The notes under the pieces are model-generated. The model saw only the letters and a program-made list of their open reading frames with translations. It did not search any database and had not been told where the DNA came from. Source: Macrostomum hystrix (taxonomy: Eukaryota > Animalia > Platyhelminthes). From it: DNA of 64,000 nt. Where the stretch lies: assembly GCA_950097015.1 (NCBI GenBank), contig CATNEN010000001.1, positions 1,984,001 to 2,048,000 of the forward strand, written 5' to 3'. Shown piece by piece: positions 14,601 to 27,692 of the stretch; position 1 is the stretch's first letter; every line of letters starts with the position of its first letter. Position numbers and translations under genes: made by a program.

Positions 14601-16433
14601 AATCCTTTGGAATTAAGAGGAAGTCCTACCAGATAATCCTTTGGAATTAAGAGACAGTCCTACCAGATAATCCTTTGGAATTAAGAGACAGTCCTACCAG
14701 ATAATCCTTTGGAATTAAGAGACAGTCCTACCAGATAATCCTTTGGAATTAAGAGGCAGTCCTACCAGATAATCCTTTGGAATTAAGAGACAGTCCTACC
14801 AGATAATCCTTTGGAATTAAGAGGCAGTCCTACCAGATAATCCTTTGGAATTAAGAGGCAGTCCTACCAGATAATCCTTTAGAATTAAGAGGCAGTCCTA
14901 CCAGATAATCCTTTGGAATTAAGATACAGTCCTACAAGATAATCCTTTGGAATTAAGATACAGTCCTACCGGATGATCCTTTGAGATTAAGAGACAGGAT
15001 CGCACTGGATAATCCTTAAGGATTTAGAGGCAGTCGCACAGGATAATCCTTGAAAATTAAGGGATAATCCTTTGGTGCTTAAATGACAATCCTATCAGAT
15101 AATCTGCAGCGGAATAAGAGGCCTGTAATTTCAATTTAAATATCGCTACATTCTTAGCAAACGAAAGTTCTACGATCTAGCCGTTTACTATTTCAGGATA
15201 AATTCTCCCTGCTGCACGTGATCGATGCTCATTCAAGGTGAGTCGTTCTCGTAGAAGCATCATTTTAACTTCATATCTGATTATATAATTATTCGTAGCA
15301 AATTATCTCGTCTACTATGAGTAGTTTTTGCGAAAAATGTCTTCTATTTAAGATACGTTACTAGCTGCTGCTGGTCTAACGACGGCTTATCTATCGCTAG
15401 CGGCTCCAACGATCGACAAGTTCGCGTCTGGGCATTAGACATTGACGAGGAGACACCGGATGCAGGTGGGTGGCTTTTTTAAGGCTCTCTATCGCACGTA
15501 GAGAGCCTTCTTTGTCCAATGCACCTAGAGAGCCTCGTAGAACTATTAGAAGTAGACAGACTTCTTTGTCTATCGCGTACTTAGTTTACTGTTACACGTA
15601 GAGAGCCCCTTTATTTATAACACAAAGAGCCATATATATTAGACGTAGAGAGCCTATTGCATCTATGCCGCTTATGACAGCTACAGCCTACAGCCTATTG
15701 AAAGATGTTATGAAGTATTGCGTGAACAAAAACTTTTTCGCCGCAGAGGTTCCAATACCGGATCTGGCCACCGAGGCAGCCGTGGCTCCGGTGGGCGCGC
15801 CCAGTTGGTCGCCAGTAGCAGCCTGGACCGCTGATCACGTGGCCCGGCTGTTGTCGCGTCTCGGCCTCGGCCAATACAGCCGCGCCATCTACGAACAGGT
15901 CGTGGACGGTCGAGTTTTGATGACGCTTACCGATGAGCAGCTTCGAGTTGAGCTCGGCATGAGTACGGATTCGTCTATGCTATATATTTAGTTTTATTTT
16001 CCTACTCATCAGTAGTATGCATGTACGCGAAATAAAAATATACATTTTTTTATTCCAGACGTTCTTGGACACCGGCAGAAGCTGTTGGATGCAATTGAGG
16101 CCTTGCGAACTAATCGAACTGCGATCGATAAGGATTCCGGTGAGGTCGGGGGTTCGAATCCGAGACCTAATTAAGATTATATGACTTTTCAACGTATCCA
16201 CCCTTACAGGCATCCCGGACGAATTCCTGTGCCCGATAACCCGGGAGATCATGCGAGATCCGGTCTTAGCCGCAGACGGCTACACCTACGAGAGAGGCGC
16301 CATCGAGTCTTGGTTGGAGCGCGGCCGGATTGTCAGTCCGATGACCAACGAGCTGATGACGCCGCAATTGACTAGCAATCGGAGCTTGCGACTGCTCATT
16401 CAACGCTACATCGAAGAGAACTCAACTACTTGA
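5611..16433 (+). CDS. WDSUB1: WD repeat, SAM and U-box domain-containing protein 1 (11 coding exons)
   Basis: Phase-compatible GT-AG exons: 5611-5723, 6581-6732, 10813-11157 (or 11148), 12107-12214, 13528-13621, 13717-13750, 15197-15237, 15353-15465, 15747-15962, 16059-16139, 16210-16433. WD40 repeats (AHSGDVNSLAFS..LATASGDKTVRLW; GHTYYVNCVAFSP; GHEGSVLGLAFSPD), SAM domain (WTADHVARLLSRLGLGQY..DGRVLMTLTDEQLRVELGM..LGHRQKLL), U-box (PDEFLCPITREIMRDPVLAADGYTYER..SPMTN). Confidence 0.93.
5822..6081 (-). mobile_element. tRNA-derived SINE, family 1
   Basis: Pol III A box TGGCAGAGCGG, B box GTTCGATTCC, body shared with copies at 38128, 18563, 55049 and 49672, AT-rich tail. Confidence 0.8.
6880..8493. 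repeat. Minisatellite, ~20-bp unit GTTACATTTATAGGAAACCC, degenerate at 5' end
   Basis: Tandem periodicity within WDSUB1 intron 2. Confidence 0.93.
8494..8834. mobile_element. MITE with imperfect TIRs and TA target-site duplication
   Basis: TA|CCCGCTAAAAATT...AATTTTTTACAGGG|TA interrupting one unit of the 20-bp satellite at its TA. Confidence 0.75.
8888..10274 (-). mobile_element. Non-autonomous Helitron with a Pif1-helicase fragment (9419-9650)
   Basis: Minus strand: A|TCTATATATATAAAA 5' end followed by (TGTC)/(TG)n; 3' hairpin GCCC-CAAAAACAAC-GGGC then CTAG|T; internal peptide [47 protein letters not shown] typical of Helitron Pif1 helicases. Confidence 0.88.
9125..9390. mobile_element. 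hAT-type MITE nested in the Helitron
   Basis: CAGTGGCAGATCCAGG...CCTAAATCTGCCTCTG TIRs flanked by perfect 8-bp TSD TATACAGT (9117-9124, 9391-9398). Confidence 0.85.
10470..10790. repeat. Minisatellite, 19-bp unit GACATCTTAGAACATGTTA
   Basis: Tandem periodicity ending ~20 nt before the exon 3 acceptor. Confidence 0.9.
11203..12045. repeat. Minisatellite, 21-bp unit GCCTGAAGGGAGGTTGGAGTA
   Basis: Tandem array in WDSUB1 intron 3; source of spurious ORF 11193-11957. Confidence 0.95.
12500..13310. repeat. Minisatellite, 20-21-bp unit GATTCTGTTAATCTGTTCTA(G)
   Basis: Tandem array in WDSUB1 intron 4. Confidence 0.92.
13790..15110. repeat. Minisatellite, 34-bp unit GGAATTAAGAGGCAGTCCTACCAGATAATCCTTT
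   Basis: Tandem array in WDSUB1 intron 6 with a 381-bp higher-order duplication. Confidence 0.95.
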
Positions 16434-16550
16434 GTCTTGAGTTAACATATTTTACAAACTGACTGCAACAGTGCTTCTCATTGGTTATTTAATGTACTAC
16501 GCGCTTCATACTACTCACGAACTACTAAGTAAATTAGTAAAGTGCACAAA

Positions 16551-16790
16551 TTATACTACTTGCCTATAAGTGACTAATAGTTGTAAGTAGAACGATGCGC
16601 GCATTATACTACTTGCCTATAAGTGACTAATAGTTGTAAGTAGAACGATGCGCGCATTATACTACTTGCCTATAAGTGACTAATAGTTGTAAGTAGAACG
16701 ATGCGCGCATTATAGTACTTGTCCATTAGTGACTCATAGTTGTAAGTAGGATGATGCATGAATTATACTAGTGATTTATAGTTGTAAGCG
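16551..16790. repeat. 53-bp tandem repeat (~4 copies) just 3' of the WDSUB1 stop
   Basis: TTATACTACTTGCCTATAAGTGACTAATAGTTGTAAGTAGAACGATGCGCGCA repeated. Confidence 0.9.
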
Positions 16791-17629
16791 GGATATTATA
16801 CATACACACTCTTTATTCCGTCGCTCGGTCAACAATGTCAGTTCTTTAAAATCTCTTTCTATATTTAAAAGAGACAAAATTTTATTATCTGTGATTATAT
16901 TGATCATTCTCTCTAAGATATTACATAGATTTTCTGACTTATGCAACATTACCTTTTACGAGGTATATGTATCATAACATGTAATTTAATTTCGCAAGTA
17001 AGAAAAACATTTTTAAACTATGCTTTTTTAATTTTAGTCGGACAAAGAAATTAAATATGCGATAATCCTGTGCCTAATCCTTCATTCAAAATCTAAATCG
17101 TTTTCGCTGTTTATAACAAAATTAAAATTACACGGAATTTTATGTTTGAAAACGGTGATTTTAACAGAATTTTAATTAACTAAATGTTTTAACCTTAAAA
17201 AACAGTGTTTTACAATTTTTTTTAGTAAAGCAACCTTGGTAGAATCTTCATAAAAGTAAGAGTAACAACAATAGATATAATTTTTAATGCTAAAGCACAC
17301 AATCAGAACTAAAACCTACATAATCAATGTTATTCAGGTAATTTTGTAGATATTGTGAAAAAATGGAAAGAAATTCACCAAAAATAGAACAATAACATCA
17401 TTAGTATTTTCTAAAAGCTTGTTAGCATTAAATCTACGGGAACAGGAAGTTGCTGGATGAAACAGTTTTTTTTAAGAAATTGGCCATGGAATTGATAGTA
17501 ACGGCAGATCGATCATGATTTATTCAAAAATATGTTGCTCGACCATAAATATTTATTTAACGCTTGCAGTTTAAGTTCAACCCATAATATTTCTAGGAAA
17601 CAACCAGAATTGAGAGTTCATTTACTTTC

Positions 17630-17870
17630 TGACCCATCCCTGCAATAAAAGTACATCTCTGCCTGACGCATCACTACAAAAGTACATCTCTGTCTGACGC
17701 ATCACTACAAAAGTACATCTCTGCCTGATGCATCACTACAAAAGTACATCTCTGCCTGACGAATCACTACAAAAGTACATATCTGCCTGATGCATCACTA
17801 CAAAAGTACATCTCTGCCAGCCTGACCCATCGCTACAATAATAGGCTACAGGCTGACCCATCACTGAAAT
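17630..17870. repeat. 31-bp tandem repeat (~7 copies) 3' of transaldolase
   Basis: CATCACTACAAAAGTACATCTCTGCCTGACG repeated. Confidence 0.88.
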
Positions 17871-18003
17871 AGTGGGTCACAGCCTGGCACACCCACAAAA
17901 CGATAATAGATTAATGGGTTTTGCCCACGCAATTCTTAAAGTACTCTAATTAATGTTCCTTTGCACACAAATTGTTAACAATTCCGCAATGATTGCCGAT
18001 AGT

Positions 18004-19928
18004 TCAAGCAGACTTTCCGCCAATAGCAGCCTCGATCTGCTTCTCCAAGGCGGCAGCGTCAGCAGCGAATCGTCGAATACCTTCGGCCAGTTTGTCCGTA
18101 GCCATTTCGTCTTCGTTTAGTTGCCAACGAAACTCGGCTTCGGACAGGGAGCGAGCAGTGGAATCTGGACAGTCCTGGGCGGCCCTCTCCGGACAGAGTC
18201 GGCGAGGCACTTCAGCTGGCAAGATGCGCAGCTGCTCTAGCAGGGCCGGACTAATTGTGAGCAGATCGCAGCCACACAATTCCAATATTTGCATGGTGTT
18301 ACGAAAGCTGGCCCCCATAATCTCAGTTTTATAATTGAACTTCTTGTAGTAATTGTACACTCCGCGGACAAATCTAACGCCAGGCTCCGAGTCGGCGTCG
18401 AATGCGCTCACATTGAGTCGTTTGCCGTACCAGTCCGTGATGCGTCCAACGAATGGGGAGATCAGAGTGATGCCTGCTTCGGCACAGGCGATGGCCTGGT
18501 TGTGAGTTTGTTGGCAACAGTCTCATTTTTAACTAGGTTGCTGCATTCGAACAAAATACTCTGGGCGAGTAGCAGAGCGGCATAACGCGTTTGCCTCTCG
18601 CACCAAGATCCCTGAGCTCGATTCCGCGGGAAGGCCACATTTAATTGGACGCCACACTCAACCTCATTTTACCCCAGCTGATTCTGGTACCCATTTAACA
18701 GTTTGATGACCAATTCAGAGTTAAGTATCTTGCTACAGGACATAGATTGTTCCAACGAAGGCCAGTAATCAAACCCCCAACCTTCAAGTCCTGAGTCCGA
18801 CACTCTAACCACTAGGCTGCAACCCCCACAGGTTTGAGTGTCACGCCAAATACGAATATGCAAGCCAGGTAACAATGAAGTCTATATTTAGAGACCTCCA
18901 ACAACACACCTGCGGCATGGAGAACATCAGTGTCAGATTGCAGTGGATGCCTTCAGCTTCGAGCACTTTGGCAGCTTGAATACCTTCCCAGGTGGAGCTC
19001 AACTTAATTAGGACTCGCTCTTTGGTGATGCCAGCGTCAGAGTATAGCTTGATGAGGTGCCTGGCTTTGGCAATCTGGGCATCCTTGTCAAACGACAGCC
19101 TTTATTTTGATGGTTAAATTAAATTAAGCTATAAATTATCCAAAGGGGTATAAAACCGAAAAAAAGAGTGCTCCAAACCAACCTGGCATCAACTTCAGTA
19201 GAAACTCGACCAGGCACCACTTTAAGAATTTCAAGTCCAAAGGCAACAAACAGGCGGTCCATTGCTTCCTCAAGGCTGCCAGAGCTGGCAACAGTTGAAT
19301 CCACTAGCTGCTTATACTGGGGCATCTTGGCAGCAGCAAGAATCAGTGACGGATTTGTTGTGGCATCAGTTGGCTGGTAGGCCTTGATAGCTATGCAATG
19401 ATAAAATTTGTTATTTTCAAAGTTACATATGAAACTCTAAAAAGTCATGAATTTATCACAAGCAGCTGGTAAATTATAGAGCTAGGTAAAAAATAATAAT
19501 TGATTATCACAAAGAATTGCCAATTTGCTAAAGATACATAGACTTTTTAAACAAGCAATACACTAGTTTATATCAGTTTTACAAAGACTAAAAGTTTATC
19601 ACAACTAGCTATAAGTTTATAGTTTTTAGTTTATAACTAACAACAGTAACATACAACTTATAGGTATTTGTAAAGTGAAACTTGTAAAATACCTTCTCAA
19701 TGTAGCTGTATACTTGAAAATTTATGTTAATTAAAATCTTTAGAAGTGCATAAATGCAACAGAAACACATGCAAGTAAAAGCATTCTATCGTGAATGAAA
19801 TACAAAGAAGTACGACTGATGTACTACGATTCAAATACAAATCTATTCAGTTCGAAACTTAACGTACCATCAAAGTCGCCGGTGTCAGCAACAATAATCG
19901 TGTACTTCTTAAGTTCCTCAAGAGCCAT
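18004..19928 (-). CDS. TALDO1: Transaldolase (4 exons)
   Basis: Exons 19928-19868, 19390-19183, 19099-18910, 18495-18004. Motifs [41 protein letters not shown] (catalytic Lys), [35 protein letters not shown]. Confidence 0.97.
18563..18652 (+). mobile_element. SINE family 1, 5' fragment in TALDO1 intron 3
   Basis: Matches the tRNA-like head of the 38128 copy. Confidence 0.7.
18668..18827 (-). mobile_element. tRNA-derived SINE, family 2 fragment in TALDO1 intron 3
   Basis: Head GGGGGTTGCAGCCTAGTGGTTAGAG and core CTGTTAAATGGGTACCAGAATCAGCTGGGG shared with the 50464 copy. Confidence 0.65.
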
Positions 19929-20342
19929 TGCAGAAAATGTGATTAACAACTTTTGAGTCTAAGATCCGTGGTTTTCGGCTTTGTAAGAGAGTAGAGGGGA
20001 GGTTCTAGAATGACATTCTAGGAAACAAAACTTAGAATGCCTTTTAAATGTACTTAGTAAAACAAAATAAGTATTTTAAAAACTTTTATGCTTCTTAAAA
20101 AATTGAAGCAGCCACAAATTTTAACAGAAATAAAATTAATAGATAATAATTATACAAATAAAATTCACTCATTACTTTTTTTTAACACAAGGTTAATTTT
20201 TTTTTTATGATTATCGTATTTTTCTAAGAAATCAGTAACTTCCAATTAGTCAATACGTCCAATACGACAGGAATCGTCGCTGCGAACGTTCTTTGTAGAC
20301 TGACAAACAGTATAAATTCTCAAAAGCGTTAAAAGTTTAAAC
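19929..20342. promoter_or_regulatory. Probable bidirectional promoter TALDO1 / ATP6V0D
   Basis: Only 414 bp between divergent start codons; AT-rich and repeat-free. Confidence 0.6.
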
Positions 20343-23300
20343 ATGTTTTCAGAGTCAATGTTCAGTCAGGATGCGGGCTATCTAGAAGGACTAGCCCGTG
20401 GTTTCAAGGGAGGTGTCTTAAAAAAGGCCGACTATTATAATCTCACTCAATGTGAAACTCTCGAAGGTAACAGCTCTGTATTTGTGTACCTTTTCTTCTT
20501 ACTATGTTTTGCATTGCATTGTGTTTTTATCACATTATTCATATGCTGATTTACAATGAATTGTAAATGACACACTTGGGAAAGACATGAAAGCTAGGGG
20601 ATATAGATAACGTGAATATTAAGTACGCCTTATAAATTTCTGTGAGGTCTACTGGCAAGCTATGGTAGTACTTGTTTTAAAATATCTTTAGAATTACATA
20701 ATTCTTGCTCTGTTTATTATGCAATTTATTTGTTAATATTGTTTTGAGTATCAGTTTGCATTTTGTATGAAAGCTAACTCCATCGTCAGGAAGGTGGCAG
20801 ATTGTGCCCTGAAAAAAAACTGTGCCATGTGCCAACACAAAACTATATTGTGTGCTGTATGACAATAAAAGACCTTTTTTACAAAACAAAATTTTTGTGC
20901 CATGTGCTCATACAAACCACTTTGTGTGCCATGTGACAATAGGGTACTGGTCATTTCGTCAACTGCCACACTGTCAACTTGGTTGACAAAGTGACCAACA
21001 TTTATGGGTGGTCTTACTGGCAGTTGACAAAATGACCAAGGTTTGAGCCTGCCTTATTGGCCAGTTGACGAAAAAAAACCTCACATTGTTAGTTAGTTCG
21101 CCAACCAGTTAACATTGTCAAAAATTGTTATAGTGTAACATTGTCTAGTTAACATTGTCAAAAATTGTTATAGTGTAACGTTGTCTAGTTAACACGATGT
21201 GTGCATCCAGGTGCAAATTGACATTCATTGTAAGAACCAACATATGTGTGAGAGAGGGAGAGAGAGAGTAGGGGAGTTGTGTGAAGAGTCACATTGCATG
21301 TTGTCATGTTTTGTTGGAAAATATCCCTCTCCTAGGTAGGCCTACCCACTTTCTGAAATCCCCACTGAATTGAAACAAACAAATTGAAATATCTTTTGAC
21401 ATCTGTTAATTCTTTCAATCCATCTTCACACCCACCCCCAAGCTGACAATGTGTGCCCTATCTTGGTCTTGGTTTCAATAAAAATGTGGGGGTGCTAGAG
21501 CGGAGGGGTAAATGACACCTTTAATTGGTAAGCAGCTCTTGTAAGGTACAAATTAGCACCATGTCTTATATCCCTAAATATCATGTCTTAACAACCAGCC
21601 CCACTAGCCATGCCAATCCGAAATACTTAAACCTGACACTGCACCCTCCTCAAACAACTGTATATAATGTAGTAGAATTTCAGGAAGGCCACTCAATTTT
21701 TGCATCTTGCAATGGAGACTGTAAGTTTATTCAGTGCTCAGAGACTCAGACTCAGTGCTCAGAGACACGTCAACAGGCCATATATACAGTGCAATTTGTG
21801 CCAAAAGTGGCAAAATCAAACTTGTAATACTGGAATCTAACAAGCAGAGTACAGGCGGCTTATGTGGCAAGACATGTTTGCATGTTAGCAAATGTATGTT
21901 AGCACAGCTACTAATCTGAATAAAACAACTTTTACTTTTTATTTAGACAGAAGCCAATAATGTTGTTTCAATTGAAAGTTTTAAAGTAATTTTTTTCTAC
22001 CATGAGTTGTATTATTAGTAATTTTGTCTAGATAAAAAATAACTAGCTTGTCCATCTATTTCTTATTTTCATATTTTCATTGGTGGCAATCTTAATCCTG
22101 ATTAATCACAAAATTTTCCCTTTGTACTGTTTTACTTAAATTTAGTATTGGTAGTTTAATTCTGTATTTTTAACAGCATCTTTTTTTCATTGCTGTATTT
22201 CCCATATATTTTGTAATGCTAATGTACTATATTGCCTAAACCTATAATAATACAAACTTCTTACTAATATATAACTAATTGCATTTGCACCTAACATATT
22301 TGGCAGACCTAAAGCTTCACCTGCAGTCAACTGACTATGGCCACTTCTTGGCCAACGAAGCCGGCCCACTAACTGTTGGCGTCATCGAAGAGCGACTCAA
22401 AGAGAAACTTATCATTGAGTTCAATCATCTGCGCACCCAGGCCACTGGCTATCTGGCCGAGTTCATGGACTATATCACCTACAGCTACATGATTGACAAT
22501 GTTGTCCTACTGCTATCCGGCATCCTACACGACCGACCAATCAAAGAGATGCTAGCCAAGTGTCACCCGATGGGCACTTTTGAACAGATGGAAGCTATAC
22601 ACATTGCCGCTACCACTAGGGAGCTGTATGATGCCGTTCTGGTGAGCCCATTGGAGAGATCGGCTGTTTAGTGTGAGGAAGATCAGCGGTTTGGTGTGTG
22701 TGAGATTGGCCGTTTGGTGTGGGTGAGATTGGCTGTTTGGTGTGGGTGAGATTGGCCGTTTGGTGTGGGTGAGATTGGCCGTTTGGTGTGGGTGAGATTG
22801 GCTGTTTGGTGTGGGGAAGATCAGCTGTTTAGTGTGAGGAAGATCAGCTGTTTGGTGTGGGGAAGATCAGCTGTTTAGTGTGGGGAAGATCAGCTGTTTA
22901 GTGTGAGGAAGATCAGCTGTTTAGTGTGAGGAAGATCAGCTGTTTAGTGTGGGGAAGATCAGCTGTTTAGTGTGGGGAAGATCAGCTGTTTAGTGTGGGG
23001 AAGATCAGCTGTTTAGTGTGGGGAAGATCAGCTGTTTAGTGTGGGGAAGATCAGCTGTTTAGTGTGAGGAAGATCAGCTGTTTAGTGTGGGGAAGATCAG
23101 CTGTTTAGTGTGGGGAAGATCAGCTGTTTAGTGTGGGGAAGATCAGCTGTTTAGTGTGAGGAAGATCAGCTGTTTGGTGTGGGGAAGATCAGCTGTTTAG
23201 TGTGGGGAAGATCAGCTGTTTGGTGTGGGGAAGATCAGCTGTTTAGTGTGGGGAAGATCAGCTGTTTAGTGTGAGGAAGATCAGCTGTTTAGTGTGAGGA

Positions 23301-25248
23301 AGATCAGCTGTTTAGTGTGGGGAAGATCAGCTGTTTAGTGTGGGGAAGATCAGCTGTTTAGTGTGGGGAAGATCAGCTGTTTAGTGTGAGGAAGATCAGC
23401 TGTTTAGTGTGGGGAAGATCAGCTGTTTAGTGTGGGGAAGATCAGCTGTTTAGTGTGGGGAAGATCAGCTGTTTAGTGTGGGGAAGATCAGCTGTTTGGT
23501 GTGGGGAAGATCAGCTGTTTGGTGTGGGGAAGATCAGCTGTTTAGTGTGGGGAAGATCAGCTGTTTAGTGTGGGGAAGATCAGCTGTTTGGTGTGGGGAA
23601 GATCAGCTGTTTGGTGTGGGGAAGATCAGCTGTTTAGTGTGAGGAAGATCAGCTGTTTAGTGTGGGGAAGATCAGCTGTTTGGTGTGGGGAAGATCAGCT
23701 GTTTAGTGTGAGGAAGATCAGCTGTTTAGTGTGAGGAAGATCAGCTGTTTGGTGTGGGGAAGATCAGCTGTTTGGTGTGGGGAAGATCAGCTGTTTAGTG
23801 TGGGGAAGATCATAATGAGGCCAGGGCACACATTACCCAGCTCTGCCATCCCGTTGCTCAGGTGGACACGCCGCTGGCTCCGTACTTCGCCGACTGCATC
23901 AACGAGGAGGACCTGAACGAGATGAACATCGAGATCATCCGTAACACCCTCTACAAGGCCTACCTGGAAGACTTCAGCGCCTTCTGTCAGCAGATTGGCG
24001 GCACCACCGCCGAAGTGATGCAGGAGATTCTGGCCTTCGAAGCCGACCGGCGCGCCTTCATGATCACCATCAACTCGTTCGGCACCGAGCTGCTAAAGGA
24101 GGATCGCAAAAAGCTTTACCCAGCCTGCGGCAAGCTGTACCCCGGCGGATTGGAGATGCTTGCTCAGGCAGAGGAGGTTGAGCAGGTTAAACTGGTGGCC
24201 GACTATTTCGCTGTGAGTTTGAGCTACGAGCAATTTTACTAATCCCTAAAAGGCAGCTTCACTAATCCCATAAAGATTGCTTCAGTAATCCCTTAAAGGT
24301 ACCTTTACTAATTCTTTAAAAAGCTTCACTAATCCCTTCAAAGTAGCTTCACTAATCCCTTCAAAGTAGCTTCACTAATCCCTTAAAGGTAGTTTCACTT
24401 ATCCCTTCAAAGTAGCTTCACTTATCCCTTCAAAGTAGCTTCACTAATCCCTTAAAGGTAGCTTAACTATTCCCTTAAAGGTAGCTTAACTAATCCCTTA
24501 AAGGTAGCTTAACTAATCCCTTAAAGGTAGCTTAACTAATCCCTTAAAGGTAGCTTCACTAATCCCTTCAAAGTAGCTTCACTAATCTCTTAAATGTAGC
24601 TTCACTAATCCCTTAAAGGTAGCTTCACTAATCCCTTAAAAGTAGCTTCACTAATCCCTTCAAAGTAGCTTAACTAATCCCTTAAAGGTAGTTTCACTAA
24701 TCCCTTCAAAGTAGCTTCACTAATCTCTTAAATGTAGCTTCACTAATCCCTTAAAGGTAGCTTCACTAATCCCTTAAAGGTAGCTTCACTAATCTCTTAA
24801 ATGTAGCTTCACTAATCCCTTAAAGGTAGCTTCACCAATCCCTTAAAGGTAGCTTCACTAGTCACTTAAAAGTAGTTTCACTTATCCCTTCATGGTAGCT
24901 ACATTAATCCCTCAGTGGCAGCTTCACTAAGCTGCTGTAATCCCTTACTAATCCCAAATCCCTATTTAGCCACCCGACGGTCACTACCCTGCGTAAATAA
25001 TTTCGCAGGAATATCGCGTCATGTTTGAAGACGATGGCACCGGCATGGACAAGACTCTGGAGGACAAGTTCTTTGAGCACGAGGTCCGCCTGAACGTGCG
25101 CGCCTTCATGCAGCAGTTTCACTACGGTGTGTTCTATTCTCTGGTCAAGCTGAAGGAGCAGGAAATTCGCAACATCATCTGGATTGCCGAGTGCGTGAGC
25201 CAGCGGCACAGAGCCAAGATTGAAGCCTACATCCCCATTCTGGAATAG
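20343..25248 (+). CDS. ATP6V0D1: V-type proton ATPase V0 subunit d (4 exons)
   Basis: Exons 20343-20466, 22307-22641, 23862-24212, 25009-25248. [118 protein letters not shown]. Confidence 0.97.
22655..23812. repeat. Minisatellite, 23-bp unit GAAGATCAGCTGTTTAGTGTGGG (~50 copies)
   Basis: Fills nearly all of ATP6V0D intron 2. Confidence 0.96.
24238..24950. repeat. Minisatellite, 23-bp unit CTTCACTAATCCCTTAAAGGTAG
   Basis: Fills most of ATP6V0D intron 3. Confidence 0.94.
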
Positions 25249-26167
25249 GCCTGTCTATGGTACAAACTCAATATTTAATTCTGGAATACCCACTCCATAC
25301 TACTTGTATTACTAATAAGCGAAAGTGGATAACGCGAATTAAAATAAAAAACAATTTTTAATTAAACTTTCTCTACACAAAACCAATTTTCTTCATCCAC
25401 CCTGTTGTTGTCGTTGTTTAAATTGTTTCAAGTTGCATAATAATTGTTATATACTGATTAAACATTATTTAGTGCGTCATTATTATATACTACTGATTGT
25501 GAACTAGATTTCGAACTTAGATTTAGTAAGTGAAAAAAAAATTGAGAGATAAGTATCAATATAATAATACACGAGAAACTATAGTCGTTAGACCGTAAAA
25601 TAATAAAAAATTGTCTAATCATTTGTTCAATCATACTATTTACCTCTCTTCTGTGAGGCTTTGTGTTTTTTATATACTACTGCTATTACTAAGTAGTATA
25701 ATGGAGAATTATCTTATTTAATTTCATCAAGTAGAACAGTCTACAGGTAAATTATCTTTCTATTTATTATCATTTTCCTAGGTTAGAGAGTGCTTCGTGA
25801 TTAACTGTTCGTCTCCTGTTATTTTTATTTTTTGGTATCATTTTTATCTTTAACTTGTGCACAATTTCAGTGTTGTCATTAGTTACCAGTGCTACAATGG
25901 CGAATTTCAATTATAAAATTAGTTCTGCTCCTGCTTGGACTTTTATTCCGAAGGCACGACATGATTATCTATGCCTGATGTTGTTGAATAAAGGATAGAT
26001 TATTTGGCTGCTTAAAATTTGCTAGCCGTTAAATATATAGATATAATTTTGGCCACTTTCGGATAAATCGGCTCTATCTAACTCTTGTCCACTACTATAA
26101 TGTGATATTCATTTGGTTGCAATCTGACTGATTCAAAACCTGTTTCTGTGATAACGAATTAAAACGA

Positions 26168-27265
26168 ATTACTAGTGGAATCTGCTCACAGTTTACTATT
26201 AGAATCTGCTCACAGTTTACTATTAGAATCTGCTCACAGTTGACTATTAGAATCTGCTCACAGTTTACTATTCGAATCTGCTCACAGTTTACCATTAGAA
26301 TCTGCTCACAGTTTACTATTAGAATCTGCTCACAGTTTACTATTAGAATCTGCTCAGAGTTTACTATTAGAATCTGCTCACAGTTTACTAGTGGAATCTG
26401 CTCAGAGTTTACTAGTGGAATCTGCCCACAGTTTACTAGTGGAATCTGCTCAGAGTTTACTAGTGGAATCTGCTCAGAGTTTACTAGTGGAATCTGCTCA
26501 AAGTTTACTATTAGAATCTGCTCACAGTTTACTATTAGAATCTGCTCACAGTTTACTACGCTCGTATTAGAATCTGCTCAAAGTTTACTAGTGGAATCTG
26601 CTCAAAGTTTACTAGTGGAATCTGCTCACAGTTTACTATTAGAATCTGCTCACAGTTTACTATTGGAATCTGCTCACAGTTTACTATTAGAATCTGCTCA
26701 CATTTTACTATTAGAATCTGCTCACAGTTTACTAGTGGAATCTGCTCAGAGTTTACTATTCGAATCTGCTCACAGTTTACTATTAGAATCTGCTCACAGT
26801 TTACTATTAGAATCTGCTCACAGTTTACTATTAGAATCTGCTCAGAGTTTACTATTAGAATCTGCTCACAGTTTACTATTAGAATCTGCTCAGAGTTTAC
26901 TATTAGAATCTGCTCAGAGTTTACTATTAGAATCTGCTCACAGTTTACTATTAGAATCTGCTCACAGTTTACTATTAGAATCTGCTCACAGTTTACTATT
27001 AGAATCTGCTCAGAGTTTATTAGTGGAATCTGCTCACAGTTTATTAGTGGAATCTGCTCAGAGTTTATTAGTGGAATCTGCTCACAGTTTATTAGTGGAA
27101 TCTGCTCAGAGTTTATTAGTGGAATCTGCTGAGAGTTTATTAGTGGAATCTGCTCAGAGTTTATTAGTGGAATCTGCTCAGAGTTTATTAGTGGAATCTG
27201 CTCAGAGTTTATTAGTGGAATCTGCTCAGAGTTTATTAGTGGAATCTGCTCAGAGTTTATTAGTG
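26168..27265. repeat. Minisatellite, 21-bp unit GAATCTGCTCACAGTTTACTA(TT/GT), left block
   Basis: Tandem array; source of spurious 353-aa ORF. Confidence 0.95.
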
Positions 27266-27692
27266 AAAACTATAGGAATGGAAAAGGTACAGGAGGAATG
27301 ACTAAGATTTTTCGCATTGAACCAGCCGAAAGTCATTTTGGAATCGGAACAGAATATAAATGAAAAGGCTTAGCTGAACATATTCTCGGTAAAAAACACC
27401 ATGAACTTCACTAACAGCCGAAAAAATGTTGTTTTAGCTTTCGTAATGTAATAGAACTTTGAAAGCTGCATTAAATAATCAATAACAAGTTGGCGTCCTT
27501 TTATTTAGATGGGTGAAAATCTACCTGACAGACTTCAGATCCGTATAAGCCAGTGAAGCGATGAAATGACGCATGACATGCATCTATTTCTAAACTGCTT
27601 TTCCTAGAAAGCACAGCTATAATTTAAGGCTAGAATAAAAAATAGTTTAGTCCGTTAAATAAGTAGCGATTCTGCAGCTGCCGGTCTTCAAT

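Noticed and set aside
20002-20024. Heat-shock-element-like TTCTAGAA..TTCTAGGAA in the divergent promoter
   Set aside because: Only two nGAAn units in register; the third is out of phase
26240-27301. 353-aa ESAHSLLL repeat ORF (also 28749-29048)
   Set aside because: Minisatellite translation; the frame change coincides with a transposon-footprint insert
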